The notes under the pieces: model-generated
Databases searched by the model: none
Seen by the model: the letters and a program-made list of their open reading frames with translations, nothing else
Told to the model about the DNA's origin: nothing
NCBI GenBank assembly: GCA_046563655.1
Contig: CM102290.1
Coordinates: 12,896,001 to 12,960,000, forward strand
Source: Yuukianura sp. NJ FZ-2021
Taxonomy: Eukaryota
Reading direction: 5' to 3'
DNA: 64,000 nucleotides
Made by a program: the position numbers and the translations under genes
Shown: positions 49,378-64,000 of the stretch, in pieces
Layout: every line of letters starts with the position of its first letter
Position numbering within the stretch: the stretch's first letter is position 1

Positions 49378-50289
49378 ATGCATACGCAACGTCAGAGAAC
49401 ATCGGAGGAATACCGATTACGTTCCTGCGTTTCCTGCGGTCAGATCTCAGTGTTGGCAAGTCTCTTAAAATCTGTGGCTTTTACTAACAAAGTGAACGTT
49501 ACTGCCATTCCGAGAGGCCTTCGGTTTATAGTGGAAGAGGGAAAGTATGTCCAAGCATCAGTGACAGTCAACCGCGACATTTTTGAAGAGTACAAGATTG
49601 ATAATGATGGGGACGAAGCCGATACCTCATTCAAAGTTTCGTTCAAAGAACTCCTCGACTGCTTAAAATTCTTCTGTACAGATGGACATGGACGGGGTGG
49701 TGATACGTTTGCATCAGCAACGACTACTGCAATTCAGAGTAATAGTAACAGTTCATCGCTCAAGCTCTTGTACAGATCCTTTGGAAACCCCCTTCAGCTA
49801 CTACTGGATGAAAATGGGATTGTCACGGATTTTCAAATAATGACTGAACCATTTGACGATGACTTGATGGAGTTTGACGTAGGTGGAGCAACCATTGCGT
49901 GTAAATTAATTCTTGCATCGGAACAAATGAGTGATCTCCTGGCAGAATTTGAAAGTAACAACCCAGGCACAATTCGAGTCGGTATAATCCCCGACAAGGA
50001 GATGACCCTATCCTGTGACGGCATTGCCGGTGTCATGACTGCATCGATTCCATGCGACTCTGAAATGGTGCAACTCTTTGAAAGTGCTTCAGAGCTTCAC
50101 GTCACGTACAAATTTTCAGTGCTCCGCTATTCATTCCGGGCGATGAACATGAGCCAGACGATGTCCATTAAAATAGACTCCAACGGAGTATTGAGACTGA
50201 TCTTCTTGATGCCTACCAAATCGGATTCTTTTGTAGAATTTTTCTGTCTACCAAGCTCAATGGACGAAACGGATGTTCCAATTGGATAA
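49378..50289 (+). CDS. RAD1: Cell cycle checkpoint protein RAD1 (9-1-1 clamp subunit)
   Basis: Motifs LLKSVAF, GLRFIVEEGKYVQAS...IFEEY, LLDCLKFF, GNPLQLLLDE and C-terminal FVEFFCLP, all typical of Rad1. Confidence 0.88.
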   Translation: MHTQRQRTSEEYRLRSCVSCGQISVLASLLKSVAFTNKVNVTAIPRGLRFIVEEGKYVQASVTVNRDIFEEYKIDNDGDEADTSFKVSFKELLDCLKFFCTDGHGRGGDTFASATTTAIQSNSNSSSLKLLYRSFGNPLQLLLDENGIVTDFQIMTEPFDDDLMEFDVGGATIACKLILASEQMSDLLAEFESNNPGTIRVGIIPDKEMTLSCDGIAGVMTASIPCDSEMVQLFESASELHVTYKFSVLRYSFRAMNMSQTMSIKIDSNGVLRLIFLMPTKSDSFVEFFCLPSSMDETDVPIG

Positions 50290-50966
50290 GAATAAACACT
50301 TTAATACTTTGATATTCCAGACTAATAATCATAACAATAACAACAATAATAATAATAATCCTCGTGCTACGGATGGAATAACTTGGAGAAATTCCTTCTA
50401 TTTTTGTAACCGGAGAATTTGATTACTGCTGTTATGCTGTCATATTTATAATTAAATCACTCGAAGTGAAAATAAAACGATATTTAGAATTTTTTAGTCC
50501 GTTTTTGTGCCCAATTTATAATTGGTGCTTTAGAAATAGCGGTTGCAACGTGTGGTTACAATATGTGCAGTTCCGGCTTATGTCAACCAATACTGAGATC
50601 AGCTGGGAGTTTGAGTTTTAATTAGTATCTCTCTATCAAACAATAATTTTAAAATAATAACTAAACTAAAGTTAAGTTTGATTGAAACGAAACGGGATTT
50701 TGCTCTCAGACGGTTTTTCTCGAATTATCATCACAGTATCCAACATCACATCAATTCTGTGCATTATATTTGACTTCTGCTAAGGTGAGACTTTGATTTT
50801 GATTTTGTTTTAATTTTCTGGGGCTACCAAACCTAAAACACATTAAAAACAATAAATTTCTGTGGAAAATATAGGAGGTGTAACGAGGCGGCAGAGGATA
50901 CCAAGATAGAACGGAACGCCATGGAATTGCTACATGTGCTGTAAGAATGTAAACGAACTTGGAAAT

Positions 50967-52417
50967 ATGGCAGGACATGGAAATTTCACATCTACCAGGC
51001 CGTTTACCGAAGACTTAAAAATTTGTGAATGCACTGGTAAGACTTCAAAGTTTTTTCTTAGAGGCTAAGCAGTATTGCAGTTGCATAGTACTTCTTACCT
51101 CCACATTTGTTGACGATCGTTCTCTCGTTTCCCTTATTAGGAGTGGGGTTTCAGCCTAATCAACTGTATCAGCGTGACGGGCAACGGACGAACGAACATG
51201 ATCCGGAAGACAAGAGCTTTCATTATAAGCCAGACGAAAACATAGCACTGTACGGTGTTTTCGATGGGATGAATGGATGCGATGCAGCGGTTTACGTAAT
51301 GCAGGAAATGCCTGGACAAATTCTCCTGGGACAACTTTCGGATAATAGTACGGAAGTTGAAATTCGTGATGTGCTGAAACAAGCGTTCCTGTCTGTTGAA
51401 AGAGGATATTTCCAAACTGTCGTGGACCCACTTCTTGTTCAGCGAGTCAGGATGCTGTCTGAGGTTTCGGAGGCGGGAGACGGTACAACGTATTACGCAC
51501 CGGGAGCAGACCATCCGAGGTTGGATATTTCGGAGAAAGGGATAACTTCCAGTGCTTCCGCTCTAGTCGTACTCATGTTCAACGGGAAACTGTATATTGC
51601 AAATGCCGGTGACTGTCGAGCGCAAGTCTGTGTTACGGATCCATCAACAGGCGTGAAGGAAGTCATTGAACTCAATTCTACTCATGACTTGCGGAATGAA
51701 GATGAACTTCAGCGCCTTCGATCACTAAACCTAGACTTGGACGCTTTAGGCGGGAAAATAGGAAATCAAGAAATAACTAGATGTATTGGAAATTACCTCG
51801 TCAAAGGCGGGTACAAGGAAGACAGTGTTCTGAACCATGCAACAAGTGAACCCGTTATAGCAGAGCCAGAAATTACAAGTTACCCAATGACCGATACAAC
51901 ACACTTTCTCATTCTTCTTTCCAGCGGACTTTACAAAGCCTTGGAAGAGGTTACGGAACATGTCAACTCTTTTCTTGCCGAAACGATCATGGAGGAGTTC
52001 AGTATGCAGACGTCAATGAATGGAGTGGTCCAAGCTGTTATTGACAAAGTTGCTCGAATGCATCAAGAGGTTCCTCGTGTATGTAGGCGGGAGGACATGA
52101 CACTTCTTGTTCGTAATTTCAATTACCCGCTCAGAAGCCAGTCAAGGTCAAGTCCGTTGACGGACAGATACCGCTACCCATCCTCCAGTTTGACTCCATT
52201 TACGCCTACGTTTACCGGAACGTATGGAATTCATCTCGAAGAAGATCAGTTCTACGATCCAGACACAGTTTCAATTGATACGGCCAGTTCTGACTCTCTC
52301 CCGCCGACTAAAGTTAAATTTCCGGAGAAAATCAAACCCTATGTCGATTTTACAAGCTACTACAAAGCCCTTGAAACAAATCCTGACCTCAGTGAACAGT
52401 ATTTCTTCAATGAGTGA
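50967..52417 (+). CDS. TAB1: TAK1-binding protein 1 (PP2C-fold pseudophosphatase)
   Basis: Two exons (50967-51036, 51141-52417). Motifs FTEDLKIC..GVG, LYGVFDG, ILLGQL, LYIANAG, EDMTLLVRNF and C-terminal PYVDF (TAK1-binding). Confidence 0.9.
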
Positions 52418-52949
52418 TTTCAGCGCATGTATAACAGGGTATCACGCCTAACCGTGTGCGTCTCAAACCTATACCGTACGTTGATTTTTTATTTTTAAAT
52501 AGTCAACATATCAACAAGACTACGTTTTATTATTGACTAGGGTTTGGAGCCTGTCCACATTTGTCGTTCTAAACAACCGCACCCTAAAACGCTTTTGTGA
52601 AATAAAGTACCATGTAATTAGATAGCTAGAAATATTTAACTAGGAATTAGTGAGTAGTATGCCCCGTGATACTTCACAAATCACAAACGTCTTTGTTTTA
52701 GGTTAGTAAGAACGACACTCTGCTTTATCTGAGGTTTAGTGAGGGACGATGTTTTTTGCTAAATAAAAACGCAAGAAGAAAAGCTCATTTGGGTTTTCTT
52801 TTGTCGTGCTAATAGTTTTATTTTAATGCCTATGCTTTTTTCACTGCAAATTAAGAACCCTAATTAGTTATTGTGTAAATTAATTACGATAGAAATACTT
52901 TGCACGATTTCTAGTCCGATAAGATGCAAATGAGAAAAGTTGGTTGAGT

Positions 52950-53138
52950 GAAGGATGAACGATTGTCATTGTAGTCGTATGGTACCCACTTTGTGGCTAC
53001 AACGGGTGGCTATGCTCTACGGCAACTTATGTTGCCACCTTCGTTTAGGTTAGTTTACAGCGGTAACATTTATTGCCGTTCAAGTATAGGCCACAAAAGA
53101 TGGCCGAAGTTGGTACAACTATGATCGTTGATTTTTAC
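52950..53138. mobile_element. Degenerate copy of the 46597 IR family
   Basis: aaggatgaacgattgtcattgtag ... tacaactatgatcgttgattttta, with gtggctac and cttatgttgccac internal motifs. Confidence 0.55.
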
Positions 53139-53626
53139 GTCAACCGAAAGTGACAGTGTATAAGTCCTAGGGAAACAGCGGCGGGGCTGCGGTTTCTATA
53201 GACCTCCTAGCGCCGTTGTTGGGTGGGGCACAATCACATGGCCAGAGCTACGGAGTCACAGATGTAGTTTGGATTGACAAAAGAAAAGAGAGGCGGAACT
53301 TACTTTGAAGAGTAAATTAACAACAGAGATAGGGCATCAGCAGGGTGGATCTCACATAACCAGAAGGAACTGACACACTGTGTACATACCATCAATAGAA
53401 ATCAGATAAAACTACGAATCTATTCCTTAGCAGTGTGCTACAGTACAGTAGCCTAACAGATCAAGAGCATATGTGAATATTGGTAACTAACTTGTTGCCA
53501 CTCACAAGACTAGAAACCACCACTAACAGCGTTAATCAGCTCATCTGTTCGTCTCTTTCTCCCTAGTACTTCGTTTAGCTTTTTGAAAACCGAGGTTCCA
53601 GCGTTTCGTATCTGCAACGCACAACA

Positions 53627-56588
<2,962 letters not shown>

Positions 56589-56734
56589 AAAGTCATAGAC
56601 GAGACGACGTCTATCTCTCCGAGTCAGTCAGTCAAAATATTGTGGCATTCCTTATTAAGTACTCGTTCAAATCGCTAGCCTAGAGCCGTAGATGAAATAA
56701 ATATTTAGCATTGGTGAACGGTAACTGACATCTA

Positions 56735-56900
56735 AGTTTGATACTTTATGTTTTCGCCCGTGTCTGTCTGTCCGTCCGTCTGTCTAACTAGACCCAATAA
56801 CTCTGGAACCGCTGGACCTATTTTCAATTTGTCTGCACATATCGATCCCTCGTGCTCTGCAGTTGATGAATTGTTTCCAGCTTGACCGGAAGTGAACAAC
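56735..56900. mobile_element. Possible DINE-1/Helentron-like fragment
   Basis: (GTCY)n microsatellite gtctgtctgtccgtccgtctgtct followed by ataactctggaaccgctgg, reminiscent of arthropod DINE-like elements. Boundaries unclear. Confidence 0.35.
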
Positions 56901-58146
56901 TTTCGGTCACCCCAATTTCATTTCGCTACTTAAATACGGCGTTTACATCGGTTTATTTCATTTAGCTCCTCCCACAGTGCGAAGTCTATGTTGAGGGAAA
57001 TGTGAGAATATGTTTTCAAAATTGAAAATTCTTGAACATTTTGTCGATTTGTTTTCGTTTTTCCCTTTTCGGGCACTTTGCTTCCTCTCAATGTGATTGG
57101 TGCATAAAACAAGATCGAGACGGAACCTAATGTGGAATATACTTGCTTACTAGTGCGCATGCTCGCAGTTTTAAAAAATGCCTAGAAGCGTATGACCATC
57201 GAACACGACCGTATTGTTTTGACAGTACACTTGAATGAAACTGCAAGTATGTGCTGTTGTAATGTTAATTCTTAATGGCCTGTAATTGGACAGTGACGAA
57301 GAGTACAAAGTAAGGTAAGAGAGAAAAAACGAGGAAAAGTGTTGCTCCATTCAAGATTGACAATAACCCCTGTCTTCTTGGCGTCCAACGTCGTCAGTCT
57401 CATGTCAGTGTCGTCGAAATACGTTCTACTAAGCACATACAAAGTTAACTCTTCGTACTCCAGTCTATTAACGTGCTTCCATTTATATTTTAGTGCGTTT
57501 GTAGAATTGTAGTGCTTTGTAACATGCTATTTTAAGTTCCAGGAATTTTGAAAAACTTCGTTGTTCATAATTTTATGAAAATTGAAAGGAAAAACCCGGA
57601 GTGAAACGAGAAATTTTGAGTGACTTTTTTTGTAGATTCAGCATGTCTTCCTGGGAATGGGGCATTTGCCTCACATCCTTCATCTTGTGTTGGTGGAAAT
57701 ACGGGTATGTTGGGCATTACGCCGTTTTTTCGTTTTCAAGCATCCAAAATGTCTAATTTTAAAAGTACGCAAGATCAAAAATTTCAACGACGCAGGCGTT
57801 TTTGCCATTTTTTCAATGCCAGATTTTCGTTTCTTTCACCTACATTTTTTAAAATGTATCTGAAAAAATTCATTCAAATTTTTGAGGTTGAAATGTCGAA
57901 GATGCCTGAAAATTGTTGTAACAGTTGATGCTTCTTTAGTGCTATGACGCGAGTCAATCATTGTTTACATCTAGAGCGCAGCGACCATGAGTCGTTTAAA
58001 CGCTTTACTGCACTCGGGCTAATCCTAAACACAAAACACGGTCAATGCTAAATTTACTGCAAAAGAAATATTTACAAAACAAAAATAATTGAGCAGCAAA
58101 ATAAAAAAATATGAAAAATACGCGTCGTTTTTCACTCCCTCTAAAT

Positions 58147-58437
58147 CAAGGTTGCTATAGCGCCCATTTAAACAAATTCGCTAACAGGTTATGCCATAAC
58201 TCCAATTTTTGTAAAAACATGAAAAAACAACTTTTGTACCAATTTTGTTGATTTTCACAATAATATTTTGAAATTTTTTCAATTTTCACGTTGCTGAATC
58301 ATAGGTTTGATTTCGAATTGCTAACGCAACGGAGCCGGGTCAGATGTGCGGTTCAAAAAATGTGAAAATTTGAAAAATGGAGTTATGGTATAACCTGTTA
58401 AGAAAAAACAAACAGAAATTCGATTTAAACAACCTTG
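58147..58437. mobile_element. hAT-type MITE, CAAGGTT family subtype A
   Basis: CAAGGTTG...CAACCTTG. Perfect 8-bp TSD CTCTAAAT. Internal IR taacaggttatgccataactcca / tggagttatggtataacctgtta. Confidence 0.92.
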
Positions 58438-59143
58438 CTCTAAATTCTATACTAAATAGATAATAAATCAATAATAAATAAATAGAATACGAAAGTTGCA
58501 GAAATTTGAAACGTAACAAAACAAAATCAATGCTGCGGAATTTAGTTATGTAGATGTCGTAAAGCGTTGCGTAATGGTGACAGGAGAGCACTACTTTGTA
58601 ACAGATTAGCATTGCGGTTTTGATCTCCTGATTTTCGTGTACTTGTCCTTTAAAATTATGACAACATAACAAAATTGGGCATATAAGATGTTCTTTGCGC
58701 TTGCAAGACTCCTTCCTGTTATCTCCCCTCTTCATAATGACTAACATTGACTCGTTGTGCAAATCTGGTTTTGGGGTTATTGTCTATGTCTTGTGCGAAT
58801 TTTTTTTCACTTTTGATGAATCACGGCCTATTGTCTCTTACATAATCCCGAGGTGGAAATAATATAACGACTTTGCATCTTGAATTTTGATTTCGATGCA
58901 TCCCACTCCTCAACTTCATCTTTGCTTTTTTGAGACAGTAGGTCATGCAATGCTAAGGTAAATTTGCAATCAGGAGTTGTTGGGCCACCTCAATTTCCCT
59001 TTTCTTTGCCAATGTTAAAATGCTCTTTTGTTCCATTTAACACCTTGCAATGCGTGCGTATTTGTTAGGCAAAAGAACAAAATGCGGAGCCACACCTCTA
59101 TTTGTTTGCCCGCAATCTGCATGCAAAGGTCACCAAAAGTGAT

Positions 59144-59375
59144 CAAGGTTCCTTGACAACCGAATTGGAATTCCTGCAACAGGTTGTCCAATAACTCAGC
59201 ATTTTCAAAAATATTGCTCCAAATAACTTTTGGCACCAATTTAGCACCTATTCCAGTTGGATAACAAACAATTACCGTAGAACGGAAATTTTGTTATTTT
59301 CAAGGAACTTTAAAAACTTCGAGATATTAGACAACCTGATGTAGAAACAACATTTTTGTTTATTTCCGAACCTTG
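59144..59375. mobile_element. hAT-type MITE, CAAGGTT family subtype B
   Basis: caaggttccttgacaaccgaattg ... gaaccttg. Same internal IR as the 26651 copy, in opposite orientation. Confidence 0.82.
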
Positions 59376-59453
59376 AAAAGTTATGTTTTTCATAGTTGGA
59401 GTCTGAATGTGACAGCTCGGAGTCTGCGCCAAGGCTACAAGAGGTTAGAGGTC

Positions 59454-62400
59454 ATGCTGACTACAAATTCCATGGAACCGGTTCCAGCCCAAACAAGAAG
59501 AAAGCGATCCAGAACCAATTTCCTGTCTATTCCAGTTACTCGAACACAGTTTATGAAACGGAACTATGAAGAAAGTTATGAGGCTGAAACGACCTTGACA
59601 TCTCCAGAAGACATTTCATTCTACAAATCTATACCCGTTGTACATGGAGTTCCCGACGGATGTCGCTCTCCGGAATCGACTTGTTCGGATTCAACCTCAT
59701 CGTGCTCAGCATGTATATCACGGGATGCAGTAAGTGTTGGAACAATGAATTAAATGAACTTAAGAGTGACCTTGACCCTATGTTTTGTTCGCAGAAGGAA
59801 AGGTCGCGTGATTCGCAAGATATGCAGAACTGTCTTGAATACGATACGCAGGGAGAGCACAATCCTTGGTACATCCGCAAGTTTGCCAATTTTATATTTT
59901 TCTGGAGAAAGTGGTACATTGGGCCACAGTATCACATGGTCAGCCTAAAAGACGTAAGAAACTTTTTAGTACTTTTGTGAAGGTTTTACGTTTCATTGTG
60001 AAATTGAACAAAAACTTTTTTTCGTGGTTAGATGATGGATGACGAGCGTGTTAATCATGCAATTTTGGAATCTGCGAAAAACGAGATGCGTGAGAACCCC
60101 AGATCTGCAACATTGGATGTTTTAGTGGAGAAACATCGACTTCGAGCTGAGAAAATGATCATCGATATGCGTGCAAAACAACCAAAACATCCGTACTTTT
60201 CGCTATATGCTAGGTAAACAAGTTGAAATTTTTAAAAATTTTGAAAATGTTGCGAAAATTTTCAAATGAAGAAATAAGCGACTTTATTTCATTTTATTTG
60301 AAGATTTTTAACAGTAACAAATTGTTGCTATTGCTTTCACTTTGTGTCATTTTTGTAACTGAGATGTACTTTCGTCTAATTATCGCCGTTTACTGTCGAA
60401 TTACGACTCGAAATTTTTTATGGGTCAAAGTTCAACCAGCTTTTAATTTTTTTTGAACTTCTCTGGTTTAGATTTGCTTCATGGATTATCGGCAAAACTC
60501 TTCAACGAATTTATCCATCAATCTTCGTAAGCAAATGTCAATTAGAGGGAATACGCAGAGCCCGAGCAACAGGCCACCCAATCCTGTACTTGCCAATTCA
60601 CCGAAGCCATGTTGATTATGTATTGGTTTCCTGGGTACTCGTAGCATCTGATATCCGGTCTCCAGTTGTAGCTGCAGGCGACAACCTCAACATTCCAGTC
60701 TTCCAGTAAACTTTTAAAAAATTGCTTAAAAAAACTTAATGTTTAGCAGTATCAAGGTTCCTTGACAACCGAATTGTATTTCCTACAACAGGTTGTCCAA
60801 TAATTCGGGGTTTCCAACAAATTTGTTTCAAATAATTCTCCCCCTCCCCCCTCAACTCTAATTGCTTTACATAAAAATAATTCTCACAAGGAAAAAATTT
60901 TTCAAATTTTTAACAAAATGAAAAACATCGAGTTATTGGACAACCTGGTGTAAAAAAACAAACATTTTTTTTCCAAACCTTGACCAATATACTGGAATTC
61001 TTCTATTTCTAGCATGATGATGAGAAGTGTTGGTGGATTCTTCATCAAGCGGAGACTAGAAAAAGGCGGGATTCGGGATTCCCTCTACCGGGCAATTCTG
61101 CACTCATACATGGAACGATCTATTCTGAACGACAATGACTTGGAATTTTTCATCGAAGGCGGCCGGACACGTACTGGAAAACCATGCATCCCTAAAGGTT
61201 TTCCCCACAGCCATGCAATGACTCATGCAATCCTGCAAATTTCGCAAAATTTTAACAAATTTTACGAGTTTAGTTCAAATTCCGATTATTTATGCTTTTT
61301 TTTCTCAAAAATTTGATTAGGTGGTCTCCTCAGTATTGCCATGGACACTCTGCTGTCCAGGAAAGTCGAAGACATACTGATTGTCCCAGTCAATTTCAGC
61401 TACGACAAACTGCTAGAAGGAAGTTACGTTAGAGAGCAACTGGGGAAAACCAAGCCAAAAGAAAGCTTCTTATCGGCAGCTCTCGGACTTTGGAACTCAA
61501 TTCAAACCAAATTTGGAAATGCTAGGATTGATTTCGGACAGCCATTTTCAGTCAAGGTGAGAAATTCTGAAGCTACAAGTTGTGCAATGAGAGGTTCTAC
61601 TGTATTTGATATATTTTTTTTCAAAAACTGAAAAAATGAAAAATCTTTTAACATCGTGCAGGAATTCATTCACTCTTACAAGCAATGGAAGTCTCCGTCG
61701 CCGTTGATGCAGCTTTACAGTTGTGAAAGCTGTGTTTCTGACACTGATCAGAACAACAATGAAGAACAAAACGTTGGCAGCTCTGACGTTGCAATTGAGG
61801 ATAGACGAGACTTTATAAGCAATTTAGCACAGCACGTCATCTACGGTTGCTAATTTTAAATTTCCGTTTTTCAAAGAATGCATTTTGGATTCCATTTTTT
61901 CACACACGTTTTACGAATTGCTTAGATGGCGTTAAAAATTTGTCTATCATGTCCACAAACATTGTCGCCTTTCTTCTGCTGAACAAATTTCGTGAAGGCG
62001 TCAGTATGGACGTTCTAGTGGAGGAGCTGGAAGTTCTGCGTTTGGAGTTAAAAGGAAGGAACCACGACATCAGTGTGGACAGCGACATGAAAGAAGTCGT
62101 TAACCATGCGGTAAGGCAACTACGAGGCAATTTTGATGTGTATTTTTCGAATTTGAAGCTAAGCTTTTAAAATTTTAAATCAATCTGTGTTCAAGGTTCA
62201 TTGACAACCGAATTGTATTTCCTACATCAGGTTGTCCAATAACTCGAGGGTTTCAAAAGTCTAGTTTCAAACAATTTTTTCCCAATTTTGTTTAGGAATG
62301 GAGGTGAAATTTAAGGGTTTTCGCCTTGCAAAATTTTTTCACAAAATTGAAAAACCCGAATTATTGGACAACCTGTTGTAGAAAAAAAACCTTTTCCTTG

Positions 62401-64000
62401 TTCATGAACCTTAATTTGTGTAAATCTTGTGGAATTTAATCAGCTAACCATCCTGGGTCCTGGTCTTGTGCGTCGCGAGTTAATCCGAGTGGAATCTGCG
62501 GGAATGAAGTCTACGCAGATAATGCTTAAACCGGTATCCTCTCTGCCAAATGTGCTGGAACTAGCCTATTATTCTACTTGTCTATCTCCAATCTATGCCA
62601 TGGAGGCCGTCATTGGTATTCAATTTTCAAAATTTGGAAATTTCAGCAAATGCAACAACAAATTTCGTTTTTTGTAGTTTTTACACCACGTTTTTCAAAT
62701 ATTTTCAACATTGTTTTTAGCAACCAGTATACTCGTGCTCAAGGGTGGAGAGCTGGAGGACCTCAGAAATCAGGCAGGTTATGTTTGTCATGTGACCGAC
62801 ATTGAACTCGTTGCAACTTGCTTGGAACTGTGCGGAATTCTGCAAAACGAGTTCATCTTCCATCCACCTTGCCAAACACTGGAATTCTCCATTCGGAAAT
62901 CCCTAGATGACCTTAAAGCCCAAGGAATTCTCAATTGTGGTCGCGTAAGTGTAAATCAAAGCTACAATGATTTTTTTTCTATATTTTACGAGAATGCTCA
63001 CCATGTTCGCTGGGGCTCCGCCTCAAACTCGTTCAGCCGTCCCAAGGTTACTTTAGCACCCAATGATACAAATGCGCTAAGAAAAAACACAAAATTTTGA
63101 TTTAAACAACCTTGAGCCGCCCATAATTTCAATTCCGCAATATGGCAGTTTTTTTAAACATTTATTAAAGTACCTTTCAAAATTTCTTAATTTTGTCTCC
63201 AAATTAGCAGGTTTCATAAAAGTCTCACTCACACCCAAAAATGTTCATCGTACAGACAGACAAACAAATCCCACATTTCTTTAATGTTATAATCGATATA
63301 AAATTAATAGTATTATACTTTTAATTATTCCAGGCAAGAATAAATTCAGAGAGCAACGACAAGGACGATGGAAGGCTGAGTTTACGAAATGTAAATTTGG
63401 TTTACGTACACACGGACGAGGAATCGCTTCGGAGGCTCAAATTTTTACACCGTTTGATTACACCGATTTTGGACACTTATGCCGTTTCATCCCTTGTGCT
63501 GAAACGTATCGTAGGATGTGAAGCCATAGAGAAGCATTTGCAACTGGACATGCTGGCTGAAGTCAAATGTCACCTCCAACAAGATTTAATTAATTACGGT
63601 AAATTGGGTACAGAAAAGCCTCTCTTACAGCAACTACATGTTGCAGTAAATTTTGTGATTACATGGTACCAAAGGCATTTGGTCACTCGATCCCTCACGT
63701 AATTTACTAAAAGTTGAGTTCCCTCTCAAAACCTAGATTTGAATGTATTCCGCTGAAAAAAAAATGTTGCCATAAGAGAGGTTTTGCTGTATTTTTTGAA
63801 TTTTGTGTCTAACTTAGTTTTTGTGAAGATTCGGGCTGTGATGTCTAATTTTTGGTTTGAATTTTTTTTAAAGGTGAAAGCCTTGCTCTGGACCCTATTC
63901 GAAATTTCATCAAACTCCTAGTAGGATGGGAAGTTTTGGAAAGTTTCACTCAAAATTATTTGACAAAATATGTTCTGACAGAGGCGTTTGACCTGGACGA
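59454..64000 (+). CDS. GPAM: Glycerol-3-phosphate acyltransferase 1, mitochondrial-type (3' end outside window)
   Basis: Acyltransferase blocks LPIHRSHVDY, AAGDNL, GGFFIKRR, EFFIEGGRTRTGK, IVPVNFSYDKL and IDFGQPFS. Junctions checked by eye keep frame. Confidence 0.93.
60753..60982. mobile_element. hAT-type MITE, CAAGGTT family subtype B (GPAT intron)
   Basis: caaggttccttgacaacc...aaaccttg. Flanks agcagtat / accaatat (6/8). Confidence 0.82.
62192..62413. mobile_element. hAT-type MITE, CAAGGTT family subtype B (GPAT intron)
   Basis: caaggttcattgacaacc...gaacctta, with the same internal IR. Confidence 0.8.
63043..63114. mobile_element. Internally deleted 72-bp CAAGGTT subtype A MITE
   Basis: Both ends are retained and joined directly. 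Flanks agccgtcc / agccgccc (7/8). Confidence 0.8.
63611..63789. mobile_element. pogo/Tc1-type MITE (GPAT intron)
   Basis: TA|cagaaaagcctctcttacagcaac ... gttgccataagagaggttttgctg|TA. Confidence 0.78.

Noticed and set aside
58340..58762. 140-aa minus-strand ORF
   Set aside because: AT-rich low-complexity translation that overlaps a MITE. Likely spurious.
63230..63302. Possible Helitron-like tail (cagacagacaaac...)
   Set aside because: Too short and degenerate. No clear terminal hairpin or CTRR end identified.

Overview
This is a gene-dense, AT-rich window from a compact intron-containing animal genome, probably a non-dipteran arthropod (inference from short GT-AG introns and a TAB1 gene). 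It holds about 17 protein-coding genes. In order these are three tandem CNNM metal-transporter paralogs, OAT, an LTO1/YAE1-like ORF, METTL25, an uncharacterised gene, NT5C2, SRR1-like, ACADSB, RPL26, beta-TrCP/slimb, GPN2-like, PSMG3-like, RAD1, TAB1, V-ATPase B and a partial GPAT. More than 20 non-autonomous DNA-transposon (MITE) copies are present: hAT-type with 8-bp TSDs and pogo/Tc1-type with TA TSDs. Four observations stand out. (1) Two apparent dicistronic units share one architecture: a tiny uORF, a first cistron with no internal AUG in any frame, then a second gene starting in-frame 9 or 15 nt after the stop. (2) A hAT MITE sits inside a coding exon and supplies splice sites that could remove it as a new in-frame intron. 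(3) One CNNM paralog stops right after the CBS pair. (4) A candidate box C/D snoRNA with a long internal hairpin lies in an RPL26 intron. All calls come from reading the sequence by eye and from remembered protein motifs; no searches were run.
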